From: Fusobacteriota bacterium
Lineage (GTDB): Bacteria > Fusobacteriota > Fusobacteriia > Fusobacteriales > JBNJFI01
DNA: 64,000 nt
NCBI GenBank assembly: GCA_051746725.1
Contig: JBNJFI010000003.1
Span: forward strand, 9,071 to 73,070
Direction of reading: 5' to 3'
Shown here one piece after another: positions 56,672 to 64,000 of the stretch. Every line of letters begins with the position of its first letter. The stretch's first letter is position 1. Below the pieces are notes generated by a model. It was given only the letters and a program-made list of their open reading frames with translations. It was not told the origin of the DNA and searched no databases. The position numbers and the translations under genes are program-made.

Positions 56672-56687
56672 AGTATAGGAGGGAATA

Positions 56688-57185
56688 ATGTTTTTTAAAC
56701 GATTTAAAAAAAAATTAAGAAATAAAGAAATCAATATCTCGAAAAAAAAATATAAATTTGGTTTGAATTTTAGAAAGAAATTTTTATGGGCAGTTGTCGG
56801 TATAAATTTATTATTACTAGGGAGCTTTTATTTTTATAAGAATATGGAAAATGGTTCAAGATTTATGGCTTTGGTATCAATATTAATTATCTTTTTTGGA
56901 TTGTCTTTTTTATATATGATTTTTGAATATAAAATAGTAATTGATTTAGAAAATAGAAAAATTTTATATAAAAAAGTGGAGATAGAATTAGATAATATAA
57001 AAAAGGTTACCTTAAAACATATGTTGCCTCCTGGAATGAAGACCCCAACTACATCTCTTGAAATAATAACAAATGATAAAATAAGAATAATAATACCACT
57101 AATTATGCATAAAAATGTTGACTTTGCTGCTATTGTCCAAAAAACTTTGGAAAATAGATTTCATATAGATAAAACAACTGACTGA
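56688..57185 (+). CDS. Hypothetical membrane protein (2 TM plus small soluble C-terminal domain)
   Basis: GGAGGG RBS, basic N-terminus, two hydrophobic segments. Confidence 0.6.
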   Translation: MFFKRFKKKLRNKEINISKKKYKFGLNFRKKFLWAVVGINLLLLGSFYFYKNMENGSRFMALVSILIIFFGLSFLYMIFEYKIVIDLENRKILYKKVEIELDNIKKVTLKHMLPPGMKTPTTSLEIITNDKIRIIIPLIMHKNVDFAAIVQKTLENRFHIDKTTD

Positions 57186-57186
57186 G

Positions 57187-57211
57187 TTTAAATACAGATT
57201 TTAAATACAGA
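57187..57211. repeat. 12-bp direct repeat TTTAAATACAGA x2 (period 13)
   Basis: Copies at 57187-57198 and 57200-57211, before the holA RBS. Confidence 0.8.
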
Positions 57212-57226
57212 GAAAGAAGGATTTAG

Positions 57227-58171
57227 ATGATATATTTTTTAGTAGGTGATAAAAATAGAAAAATCAAATATGATAAACTGACATCAAAAATTAAAAAAAA
57301 TAATCCAGGTTTAATAAAAAAAGTATATGATGTTTCTCAAGGGGAGGAAGAAGACTTTATAGAAGAGATTTCAACTGATTCTATATTTGGTGGAAAAAAA
57401 TTTCTGATATTAAAGCGAACAGAAAAAATAAAAAAAATAACAGGTTTTTTAAAAGGATTGGAAAAGTTTAATTTTAACAACAAAGAAGTTATCATAGATT
57501 TTTCCACCGAAAATAAAAAGTTTTCTAAATATGCTGTAAAAAGAGCAAAGAAATTAGGTAAAATAATAGAAGTTAAAAATGATAAAAAAAATTTCGAAGT
57601 AATTAATTTTATAAAATCTGAGTTAAAAATAACAAGCCCCCAAGCTCATGATTTAATGGAAATGATAGGAACAGATATAACTAATATAAAAACAGAAATA
57701 AAAAAAATTCAAAATTATTTAGATGGAGAAAAATTTAAAATAGATAAAATTAAAAACATTATAAATATCAGTGTAGAATATAGTATATTTGAACTTATAG
57801 ATAACATGTTAAAAGGAAAGAAAAATGGTTTAATCTCTTTTTTAAGACAAGAAAAAAGTTATATGTTATTTTTGTACCTTTTTTTTAAAAAGATGAAAAT
57901 GTCGTTAAAGCTAAAGTTATTACAAGATCAAGGATTGATTCAAAGGACATATAAATACAATGTTTATCAGAATAAATATTATCCTGAAATAAAAAAATAT
58001 ATATCTGGACATCCTTATGCTATATTTATGGCTTTAAAATCATTAGATAAAACCATGGAGATTCAAGATTACCAGAGAATTTTATATGATCTATTAAAAG
58101 TAGAGTTATCTATAAAATCAGGAAAAATTGATATAGAAACTGCCATGGAAATATTTATAATGAAATTTTAA
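57227..58171 (+). CDS. holA: DNA polymerase III delta subunit
   Basis: MIYFLVG, SIFGGKK, EIKKI, SIFELID, HPY, ELSIKSG; about 314 aa. Confidence 0.75.
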   Translation: MIYFLVGDKNRKIKYDKLTSKIKKNNPGLIKKVYDVSQGEEEDFIEEISTDSIFGGKKFLILKRTEKIKKITGFLKGLEKFNFNNKEVIIDFSTENKKFSKYAVKRAKKLGKIIEVKNDKKNFEVINFIKSELKITSPQAHDLMEMIGTDITNIKTEIKKIQNYLDGEKFKIDKIKNIINISVEYSIFELIDNMLKGKKNGLISFLRQEKSYMLFLYLFFKKMKMSLKLKLLQDQGLIQRTYKYNVYQNKYYPEIKKYISGHPYAIFMALKSLDKTMEIQDYQRILYDLLKVELSIKSGKIDIETAMEIFIMKF

Positions 58172-58188
58172 ATTTCTAAATAGAATAA

Positions 58189-58217
58189 TTGACAAAAAAG
58201 GTTATCTTAGTTATAAT
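58189..58217 (+). promoter_or_regulatory. Perfect-consensus sigma70 promoter for metK
   Basis: TTGACA (58189-58194), 17-bp spacer, TATAAT (58212-58217). Confidence 0.85.
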
Positions 58218-58227
58218 ATTGTTGTTA

Positions 58228-58253
58228 ATTTAAATAAAGATGATTTAAATAAA
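58228..58253. repeat. 11-bp direct repeat ATTTAAATAAA x2 (period 15) in the metK leader
   Basis: Copies at 58228-58238 and 58243-58253. Confidence 0.6.
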
Positions 58254-58320
58254 TGAGAATTAAGTAAAAGTAGATTAGATGAAAGTGAATTAAATAAGAA
58301 AATTTTTTGGAGGGATATGA

Positions 58321-59535
58321 ATGAAAGAAGATAGAGTTTTATTTACATCAGAATCTGTAACAGAAGGTCATCCAGATAAAATGGCTGATCAGATATCTGA
58401 TGCAATATTAGATGCAATATTAGAAAAAGATCCAAAGGCAAGAGTTGCCTGCGAAACTTTTTTGACAACAGGTCTAGTAATGGTCGGAGGAGAAATAAGA
58501 ACAGAATGTTATGTTGATATACAGGAAATAGTAAGAAAAACAGTTAAAGAAATAGGATATACCAGAGCAAAATATGGTTTTGATTATGAAACCTGTGCTA
58601 TATTAAATTCCATTCACTCTCAATCTCCTGATATAGCTCAAGGAGTAGATGAAGCTTTGGAATCTAAAGAAGGAAAAATGGACGATGATGATATTGAGGC
58701 TTTAGGAGCAGGAGATCAAGGACTTATGTTTGGTTATGCAGTTAATGAAACAGAAGAGTATATGCCGTTGCCAATAATTTTAGCTCATAAATTAGCTAGA
58801 CGTTTAGCCTTTGTGAGAAAAAATAAACTCCTGGATTATTTACGACCTGATGGAAAGACTCAGGTAACAATTGAGTATGAAAATGGAAAACCGATTAAAG
58901 TAGATGCAGTTGTTGTTTCAACTCAGCATAGCAAAAGAGTAAAACAAGATCAAATCAAAAAAGATATTATAGAAAAAGTTATAAATCCGATTATACCCAA
59001 AAAGTATGATAAAGGCGATATTAAATATTATATTAATCCAACTGGAAGATTTGTTGTAGGCGGACCTAAAGGAGATGCTGGTTTAACTGGTAGAAAGATA
59101 ATAGTTGACACCTATGGTGGAGTTGGAAGACATGGTGGTGGTGCTTTTTCTGGAAAAGATGCTACTAAAGTAGATAGATCTGGAACTTATGCTGCTAGAT
59201 GGGTAGCTAAAAATATTGTAGCAGCTGAATTAGCAGATAGATGTGAAGTTCAACTTGCGTATGCTATAGGTGTTGCAGAGCCAGTATCTGTATCAATAAA
59301 TACTCATGGGACTGAAAAGGTAAGCTCAAAAAAGATAGAAGAAGCGGTTAGAAAAATTTTTGATTTAAGACCTGGAGCTATAATTAGAGATTTAGATTTA
59401 CAGAGTCCTATTTATAGAAAAACTGCAGCATATGGACATTTTGGAAGAACGGATATTGATCTACCTTGGGAAAGATTGGATAAAGTTGAAGAGTTAAAAA
59501 AAGAATTAACAGAATTAAATATAAAAAAAAATTAA
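58321..59535 (+). CDS. metK: S-adenosylmethionine synthetase
   Basis: [57 protein letters not shown]. Confidence 0.98.
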   Translation: MKEDRVLFTSESVTEGHPDKMADQISDAILDAILEKDPKARVACETFLTTGLVMVGGEIRTECYVDIQEIVRKTVKEIGYTRAKYGFDYETCAILNSIHSQSPDIAQGVDEALESKEGKMDDDDIEALGAGDQGLMFGYAVNETEEYMPLPIILAHKLARRLAFVRKNKLLDYLRPDGKTQVTIEYENGKPIKVDAVVVSTQHSKRVKQDQIKKDIIEKVINPIIPKKYDKGDIKYYINPTGRFVVGGPKGDAGLTGRKIIVDTYGGVGRHGGGAFSGKDATKVDRSGTYAARWVAKNIVAAELADRCEVQLAYAIGVAEPVSVSINTHGTEKVSSKKIEEAVRKIFDLRPGAIIRDLDLQSPIYRKTAAYGHFGRTDIDLPWERLDKVEELKKELTELNIKKN

Positions 59536-59548
59536 ATGGAGGTATATT

Positions 59549-60634
59549 ATGAAAAAGAAAATTTTAGGAATCACATTATTAATGATTTTCTCAACATTGA
59601 GTTTTTCTGCAGGTAAATATGGAGCAAAGGCCCATGCAATGGGAGGAGCTTTCACAGCTATTGCAGATGATTCTAGTGCTTTGTATTGGAATCCAGCTGG
59701 ACTTACTCAAACTAGTTTATTAGGACTAAATGTTAATCTAGGTGGACAAGTTAACCCAGAAGAGTTAACTCAGATTTCAGATTTTATTGATACAGTTAAT
59801 GAATTAGAAGATGAAGAAGATTCTATCAAAAAAGCTGAAAAATTAAGTGAATTGGAACTTCCAGAAAATATGAATGCACGGGTAAATGGTATGTTATCTT
59901 TAAATTTATCACGTTTTGCGGCAGGAGTTATTTTAGATAATGAATTTTCCATAAATTCTTCAAGAGTAGATAGAACTACTAGTGAAGGATCTTTCAGTAT
60001 TCCTGCGGGAACGGCTAATAATAAATTATTAGCTCAAGGCTTATTTGGAAGTGGATTTGAAGTTTTTGATCCACCAGTTTTAGGAAGTATATCATTAGGA
60101 GTTACAGGAAAATATTTATATGCTAAAGAAGACATAGCAAATGTATCTATAAATGATGATGCTAATGATTTAAATATAACTACAAATCATAGCTCTAAGG
60201 ATGCAGAGAATGGATTTGGAGCAGATGTAGGAGCTTTAATAACATTAAGTGACATTGATATATTAAATGCTAAAGTTGGAGTAACTAGAAGAAATGCTTA
60301 CACTAGCTTAGATGAAGTAAATTATCCATCATTAGAAAAAGCTACAATATATGGAGCTGGTGTAACTTTTAAATTTCCATTAATTAATATATTTTCTTTA
60401 AGAGTTGCGGCGGATTTAGAAAAACCTGATAATGGAAAAGAAATTACCCATGTTGGGGCAGAAGGATCTCTAGGTCTGTTTTCTTTAAGAGCAGGAGCAT
60501 ATGGAGAAGATATATCAGATGAGGATACAAGGATTGTAACTGGAGGAGTTGGATTAAATTTACCTTTTTTGGATTTCAATTTAACAGCTGATTCTGATGA
60601 TTTCATGAGTCTTTCGGGAACATTCAATTTTTAA
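59549..60634 (+). CDS. Outer-membrane beta-barrel of the FadL/PorV/TraF-like superfamily
   Basis: Signal peptide; GAKAHAMGGAFTAIADDSSALYWNPAGL hatch motif; GFGADVG, LRAG; terminal Phe. Confidence 0.75.
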   Translation: MKKKILGITLLMIFSTLSFSAGKYGAKAHAMGGAFTAIADDSSALYWNPAGLTQTSLLGLNVNLGGQVNPEELTQISDFIDTVNELEDEEDSIKKAEKLSELELPENMNARVNGMLSLNLSRFAAGVILDNEFSINSSRVDRTTSEGSFSIPAGTANNKLLAQGLFGSGFEVFDPPVLGSISLGVTGKYLYAKEDIANVSINDDANDLNITTNHSSKDAENGFGADVGALITLSDIDILNAKVGVTRRNAYTSLDEVNYPSLEKATIYGAGVTFKFPLINIFSLRVAADLEKPDNGKEITHVGAEGSLGLFSLRAGAYGEDISDEDTRIVTGGVGLNLPFLDFNLTADSDDFMSLSGTFNF

Positions 60635-60663
60635 TTGACTTTTCCAAATTAATATGATAGAAT
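60635..60663 (+). promoter_or_regulatory. Sigma70-type promoter for rplU-prp-rpmA
   Basis: TTGACT (60635-60640), 17-bp spacer, TAGAAT (60658-60663), extended -10 TG. Confidence 0.75.
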
Positions 60664-60668
60664 CAAAC

Positions 60669-60716
60669 TACCGCTCAGTTATGGTCTTTTAGATAGCACC
60701 TAGAAAACTGGCGAGA
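60669..60716 (+). ncRNA. L21 ribosomal-protein leader (cis-regulatory RNA)
   Basis: CCGCTC...ACC...GGCGAG pattern; CGC(T)CAGTT pairs with AACTGGCG and GGT pairs with ACC; lies between the promoter and the rplU RBS, as known for L21_leader. Confidence 0.65.
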
Positions 60717-60736
60717 TAATATTCGGAGGTGAAGCA

Positions 60737-61048
60737 ATGTACGCAATAGTAAAAACTGGAGGAAAGCAATACAAAGTTGAAGAAGGTTGTACGGTAAAAG
60801 TAGAAAAGCTATCTTATGATGTAGACGCAGAAGTTATTTTAGATGAAATTTTACTTATTTCTAAAGATGGAGATTTAAAAGTAGGAACACCATTTGTAGA
60901 AGGAGCAAAAATAAAATCAACGGTTGTAGAACATGGTAAGAACAAAAAAGTAATAAGTTATAAATACAAACCTAAGAAATCAACACATACTAAAAAAGGT
61001 CATAGACAACCTTATACAGTTATTAAAATCGATAAAATCGAAGCATAA
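60737..61048 (+). CDS. rplU: 50S ribosomal protein L21
   Basis: MYAIVKTGGKQYKV, GHRQPYT. Confidence 0.98.
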   Translation: MYAIVKTGGKQYKVEEGCTVKVEKLSYDVDAEVILDEILLISKDGDLKVGTPFVEGAKIKSTVVEHGKNKKVISYKYKPKKSTHTKKGHRQPYTVIKIDKIEA

Positions 61049-61386
61049 TGGTTGAGATATTTTTAGTAGAAAAAAATGGAAAAATTTTTAAATTTTATGG
61101 TGAAGGACATGCAGGGTATGCAGTAAAAGGAGAAGACATAGTTTGTGCTGCAGTATCTGCTGTTATTCAGCATACTGCTTATGGAATTTTAGAATATTTA
61201 AATCTAAAACCAGAGTTGCAGATGAGAGATGGATTTTTATATTTAGATCTTAGTGGGGTGAATATTTCTGATAAAGAAAGGGAACTTAATGCATTACTTG
61301 AGACATTGAGAATTACTTTAAAAGAGATTGAAAAAGAACATCCTAATCATATGAAGTTAATTGAGAAGGAGGTAACAGATGTTTAA
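61048..61386 (+). CDS. prp: Ribosomal-processing cysteine protease Prp
   Basis: GHAGY...[10 protein letters not shown]; lies between rplU and rpmA. Confidence 0.93.
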   Translation: MVEIFLVEKNGKIFKFYGEGHAGYAVKGEDIVCAAVSAVIQHTAYGILEYLNLKPELQMRDGFLYLDLSGVNISDKERELNALLETLRITLKEIEKEHPNHMKLIEKEVTDV

Positions 61387-61660
61387 AATAAAATTACAAT
61401 TATTTGCACATAAAAAAGGTGTTGGGAGTACTCAAAATACTAGAGATAGTAATCCTCAATACTTAGGAGTTAAGAAATTTGGAGGAGAAAAAGTTAAAGC
61501 TGGAAATATAATAGTAAGACAAAGAGGGACTAAATTTCATCCTGGAACTAATGTTAAAAGAGCTAAAGATGATACTCTTTTTACTTTAGTAGATGGATAT
61601 GTTAAATTTGAAAGAATAAACAGAAAAAGAAAAAAAGTAAGCGTTTATCCAGAAAGATAA
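61379..61660 (+). CDS. rpmA: 50S ribosomal protein L27 with Prp-cleaved N-terminal extension
   Basis: [29 protein letters not shown]. Confidence 0.98.
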   Translation: MFKIKLQLFAHKKGVGSTQNTRDSNPQYLGVKKFGGEKVKAGNIIVRQRGTKFHPGTNVKRAKDDTLFTLVDGYVKFERINRKRKKVSVYPER

Positions 61661-61678
61661 GTTTATCCAAAAAGATAA
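61643..61678. repeat. 18-bp tandem duplication of the rpmA 3' end including the stop codon
   Basis: GTTTATCCAGAAAGATAA (61643-61660) followed by GTTTATCCAAAAAGATAA (61661-61678); one mismatch. Confidence 0.9.
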
Positions 61679-61688
61679 ATAGAGATAT

Positions 61689-61716
61689 AAAAGTCCAGCT
61701 AATAGCTGGACTTTTT
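61689..61716 (+). terminator. Intrinsic terminator after rpmA
   Basis: AAAAGTCCAGCT-AAT-AGCTGGACTTTT perfect stem ending in a T run. Confidence 0.85.
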
Positions 61717-61729
61717 AAATGCTAAAAAA

Positions 61730-61783
61730 ATATAGATTTAAATTTTAAATTATCTTAAGATGTTTTAAAATTTAAATTTATAT
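61730..61783. repeat. 54-nt imperfect palindrome upstream of obgE
   Basis: 27-nt arms centred on ATCTT/AAGAT; counted by hand as 24 Watson-Crick, 2 G.T and 1 T.T position. Confidence 0.8.
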
Positions 61784-61804
61784 GAAATAAAATAGGAGGA
61801 AAAA

Positions 61805-63088
61805 ATGTTTATAGATGAAGCAGTAGTAACTTTAAAAAGTGGAGATGGTGGAAATGGTATTGCTACTTTTAGAAGAGAAAAATATGTTCAGTTTGGCGGG
61901 CCAAACGGTGGAGATGGTGGAAATGGAGGTTCTATATTAATTAAGGCAGATCCTAATATTAATACCTTAATTGATTTTAAATATAGAAAAAAATTTAAAG
62001 CGACCAATGGAGAAAGTGGTCAAAGAAGTAATATGAAAGGAAAAGAAGGAGAAGATAAGATAATAAAGGTTCCAGTTGGAACTGTAATAAAAGATTTTGA
62101 AGATGGAACACTGTTAGTAGATATGGATAAGCAAAATGAAGTTAGATTATTTTTAGAAGGTGGAAAAGGGGGAGCAGGAAATACTCACTTCAAAACTTCT
62201 ACGAATAGAGCTCCTAAAATAGCTAAAAGTGGAACAAAAGGGATAGAATTAAAGGTGAAATTGGAATTAAAGCTGTTAGCAGACGTTGCTTTAGTTGGAT
62301 ATCCAAATGTAGGAAAATCTAGTTTTATAAATGTGGTTTCTGCAGTTGAATCTAAAGTTGGTAATTATCACTTTACTACCTTGGATCCTAAATTAGGAGT
62401 TGTAAACTTAGGAGAAGGAAATAGTTTTGTTATAGCTGATATACCAGGATTAATTGAAGGTGCTCACTCGGGAGTTGGTTTAGGTGATAAATTTTTAAAA
62501 CATATTGAAAGATGTAAAATGATATATCATATTATTGACGTCTCTGGAATTGAAGGAAGAGACCCAATTGAAGATTTCAAGAAAATTAATGAAGAATTAA
62601 AAAATTATAGTGAAAAGTTATCAGAAAAAAAGCAGATTGTTTTAGCAAACAAGATGGATCTTTTACCAGATGATGAAAATTACAATAAATTAAAAAGTTT
62701 TTTAGATGAAATAGGCGTAAAAGTCTATCCCATATCTGCTATCTTAAAAGATGGATTAAAAAAAGTTTTATATGATAGTTATGAAATGATGAAAGATATA
62801 AAAGTAGAGCCTCTAGGTAAAGAAAAATCAGCTAAAGAATTAATAAAGGAAAAAGAAGAACAAAAACAAAATTGGATAATTGAAAAAACGCATGATGGCT
62901 ATGAAGTAAGAGGCAAAAAAGTAAAAGAAGTTCTTGATAAATATATATTCAAAAATACAGATAAAGATAAAGTTAGATTTTTACAAATATTAAGAAAACA
63001 AGAATTTGAAGATATATTAAGAGAACACGGAGTTAAAGATGGTGATATGATCACAATTGCTGGATTTAGATTTGAATTTGTTGAATAA
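61805..63088 (+). CDS. obgE: GTPase ObgE/CgtA
   Basis: GDGGNG...FRREKY..FGGP.GGDGG, GYPNVGKS, YHFTT, DIPGLIEGA, NKMD, C-terminal GVKDGD domain. Confidence 0.97.
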   Translation: MFIDEAVVTLKSGDGGNGIATFRREKYVQFGGPNGGDGGNGGSILIKADPNINTLIDFKYRKKFKATNGESGQRSNMKGKEGEDKIIKVPVGTVIKDFEDGTLLVDMDKQNEVRLFLEGGKGGAGNTHFKTSTNRAPKIAKSGTKGIELKVKLELKLLADVALVGYPNVGKSSFINVVSAVESKVGNYHFTTLDPKLGVVNLGEGNSFVIADIPGLIEGAHSGVGLGDKFLKHIERCKMIYHIIDVSGIEGRDPIEDFKKINEELKNYSEKLSEKKQIVLANKMDLLPDDENYNKLKSFLDEIGVKVYPISAILKDGLKKVLYDSYEMMKDIKVEPLGKEKSAKELIKEKEEQKQNWIIEKTHDGYEVRGKKVKEVLDKYIFKNTDKDKVRFLQILRKQEFEDILREHGVKDGDMITIAGFRFEFVE

Positions 63089-63106
63089 TAAGTTAAGGAG
63101 AATTTT

Positions 63107-64000
63107 ATGAATGGAATTGTTCTATGTGGTCCAACAGGGGTTGGAAAAACTGAATTATCTTTGAAATTAGCAAAAAAATTCGATGCCGATATTATATCTG
63201 CAGATTCGATGCAGATATATAAATATATGGATATCGGAACAGCTAAAATAAATGATTCAGAGATGAATAAGATAAAACATCATATGCTAAGTATTGTTAA
63301 ACCTACTTATAAGTTTTCAGTTGGAGAATATCAAAAAAGGGTTGATGCGATCTTAAATAAATTAGAAGACAAAAATAAAAATGTTATATTAGCTGGTGGA
63401 ACCGGATTATATATAGATTCAATAACAAGGGGTCTATCTAATCTTCCTACTTCAGATGAAGAGTTACGTGAAAAGATGTATAATAGAGAAAAACAAGATC
63501 TGCATGATGAATTAAAAAAGTTAGATATAAAATCAGCTAATGCAATACATCCAAATAACAAAAGACGTGTAATAAGAGCTTTGGAAGTTTGTAAATTAAC
63601 TGGTGGAAAATTTAGTATATTAAGAAAACAAAATATTAAAAATAATAATTATTCGTTTAAAAAATTTGCTTTAACTAGAGATAGAGAAGAATTATATAAG
63701 CGAATAAATATTCGAGTAGAACAAATGTTTGACTCAGGATTATTAGATGAAGCTAGATTTTTATATGATAATTATCGTGAGGGTTTAAATCAAATTAGAG
63801 CTATAGGATATACTGAATTATTTGATTACTTTGAGGAGAAAACAACCTTGAAAGAAGCCAAGCGATTAATCAAAAGAAATTCAAGAAGATATGCCAAAAG
63901 ACAATATACCTGGTTTAAAAAGGATGATGAAATTAGTTGGTTTAATTTAAGCTCCATAAGTAAAAATGAAATATTAAATCAAATTATAAAACAAATAAAA
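63107..64000 (+). CDS. miaA: tRNA dimethylallyltransferase, 3'-truncated by the window edge (missing from the ORF track)
   Basis: ATG at 63107 after AAGGAG; translates MNGIVLCGPTGVGKT...SADSMQIY.YMDIGTAK...GGTGLY...IHPNN..RVIRALEV...AIGY...SRRYAKRQYTWF with no stop before 64000. Confidence 0.95.
   Translation, partial: MNGIVLCGPTGVGKTELSLKLAKKFDADIISADSMQIYKYMDIGTAKINDSEMNKIKHHMLSIVKPTYKFSVGEYQKRVDAILNKLEDKNKNVILAGGTGLYIDSITRGLSNLPTSDEELREKMYNREKQDLHDELKKLDIKSANAIHPNNKRRVIRALEVCKLTGGKFSILRKQNIKNNNYSFKKFALTRDREELYKRINIRVEQMFDSGLLDEARFLYDNYREGLNQIRAIGYTELFDYFEEKTTLKEAKRLIKRNSRRYAKRQYTWFKKDDEISWFNLSSISKNEILNQIIKQIK

Noticed and set aside
56638..56687. Island integrated at the guaA 3' end (a known integration hotspot)
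   Set aside because: guaA is followed by a terminator, a small membrane gene and holA; I saw no integrase or repeated guaA 3' sequence.
59549..60634. Interpretation as a conjugative-element TraF gene
   Set aside because: No relaxase, VirB4, coupling protein, integrase or att repeats nearby; flanked by metK and rplU.
61048..61660. Prp protease and extended L27 as a novel system
   Set aside because: This is the known rplU-prp-rpmA arrangement of Firmicutes, Fusobacteriota and related phyla.
126..63561. All other short minus-strand ORFs and the nested + strand ORF 34851-35039 in the track
   Set aside because: Each overlaps a well-supported + strand gene and has shadow-type composition with no domain motifs.
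1..64000. tRNA, rRNA, CRISPR array, transposase or prophage
   Set aside because: No intergenic gap is long enough for an rRNA or array, no cloverleaf-like GC-rich segment was seen, all repeats have only two copies, and no ORF has mobile-element motifs.

Overview
Very AT-rich bacterial chromosome segment with about 67 protein-coding genes, all on the + strand. I see no rRNA, tRNA, CRISPR array, phage or IS element. The organism is diderm (lpxL-type acyltransferase, kdsB, ExbB/ExbD/TonB, outer-membrane barrels) but also has Firmicute-like traits (rplU-prp-rpmA with a cleavable L27 extension, L21 leader, yitJ, divIC-S1). The gene orders TPR-barrel-exbB-exbD-tonB-NtrC-like-dnaX, rplI-dnaB-U32 and mreC-x-recO-PTS IIA-nrdR match my recollection of Fusobacteriota, so a free-living Fusobacteriota member is my best inference; I could not verify this by search. 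Most genes are housekeeping. Five things stand out. (1) A flagellar basal-body/export cluster flgB-flgC-fliE-fliF-fliG-fliH-fliI-[632-aa helical-repeat lipoprotein]-fliJ-[YlxF/FlbB-like], with an unknown lipoprotein splitting the normally adjacent fliI and fliJ. (2) A four-gene module after dnaX: HEAT-repeat protein, membrane GAF-GGEEF diguanylate cyclase, apparently dead M20 peptidase, small HEAT protein. (3) An NtrC-family regulator lacking GAFTGA and with an altered Walker B, cotranscribed with a TPR/barrel/TonB system. (4) A run of 42 genes (about 41.7 kb) with no gap above 42 bp, between one consensus promoter and one terminator. (5) Several short tandem duplications and a 54-nt palindrome in intergenic DNA. 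All functional calls come from motif recognition by eye; no database search was run.
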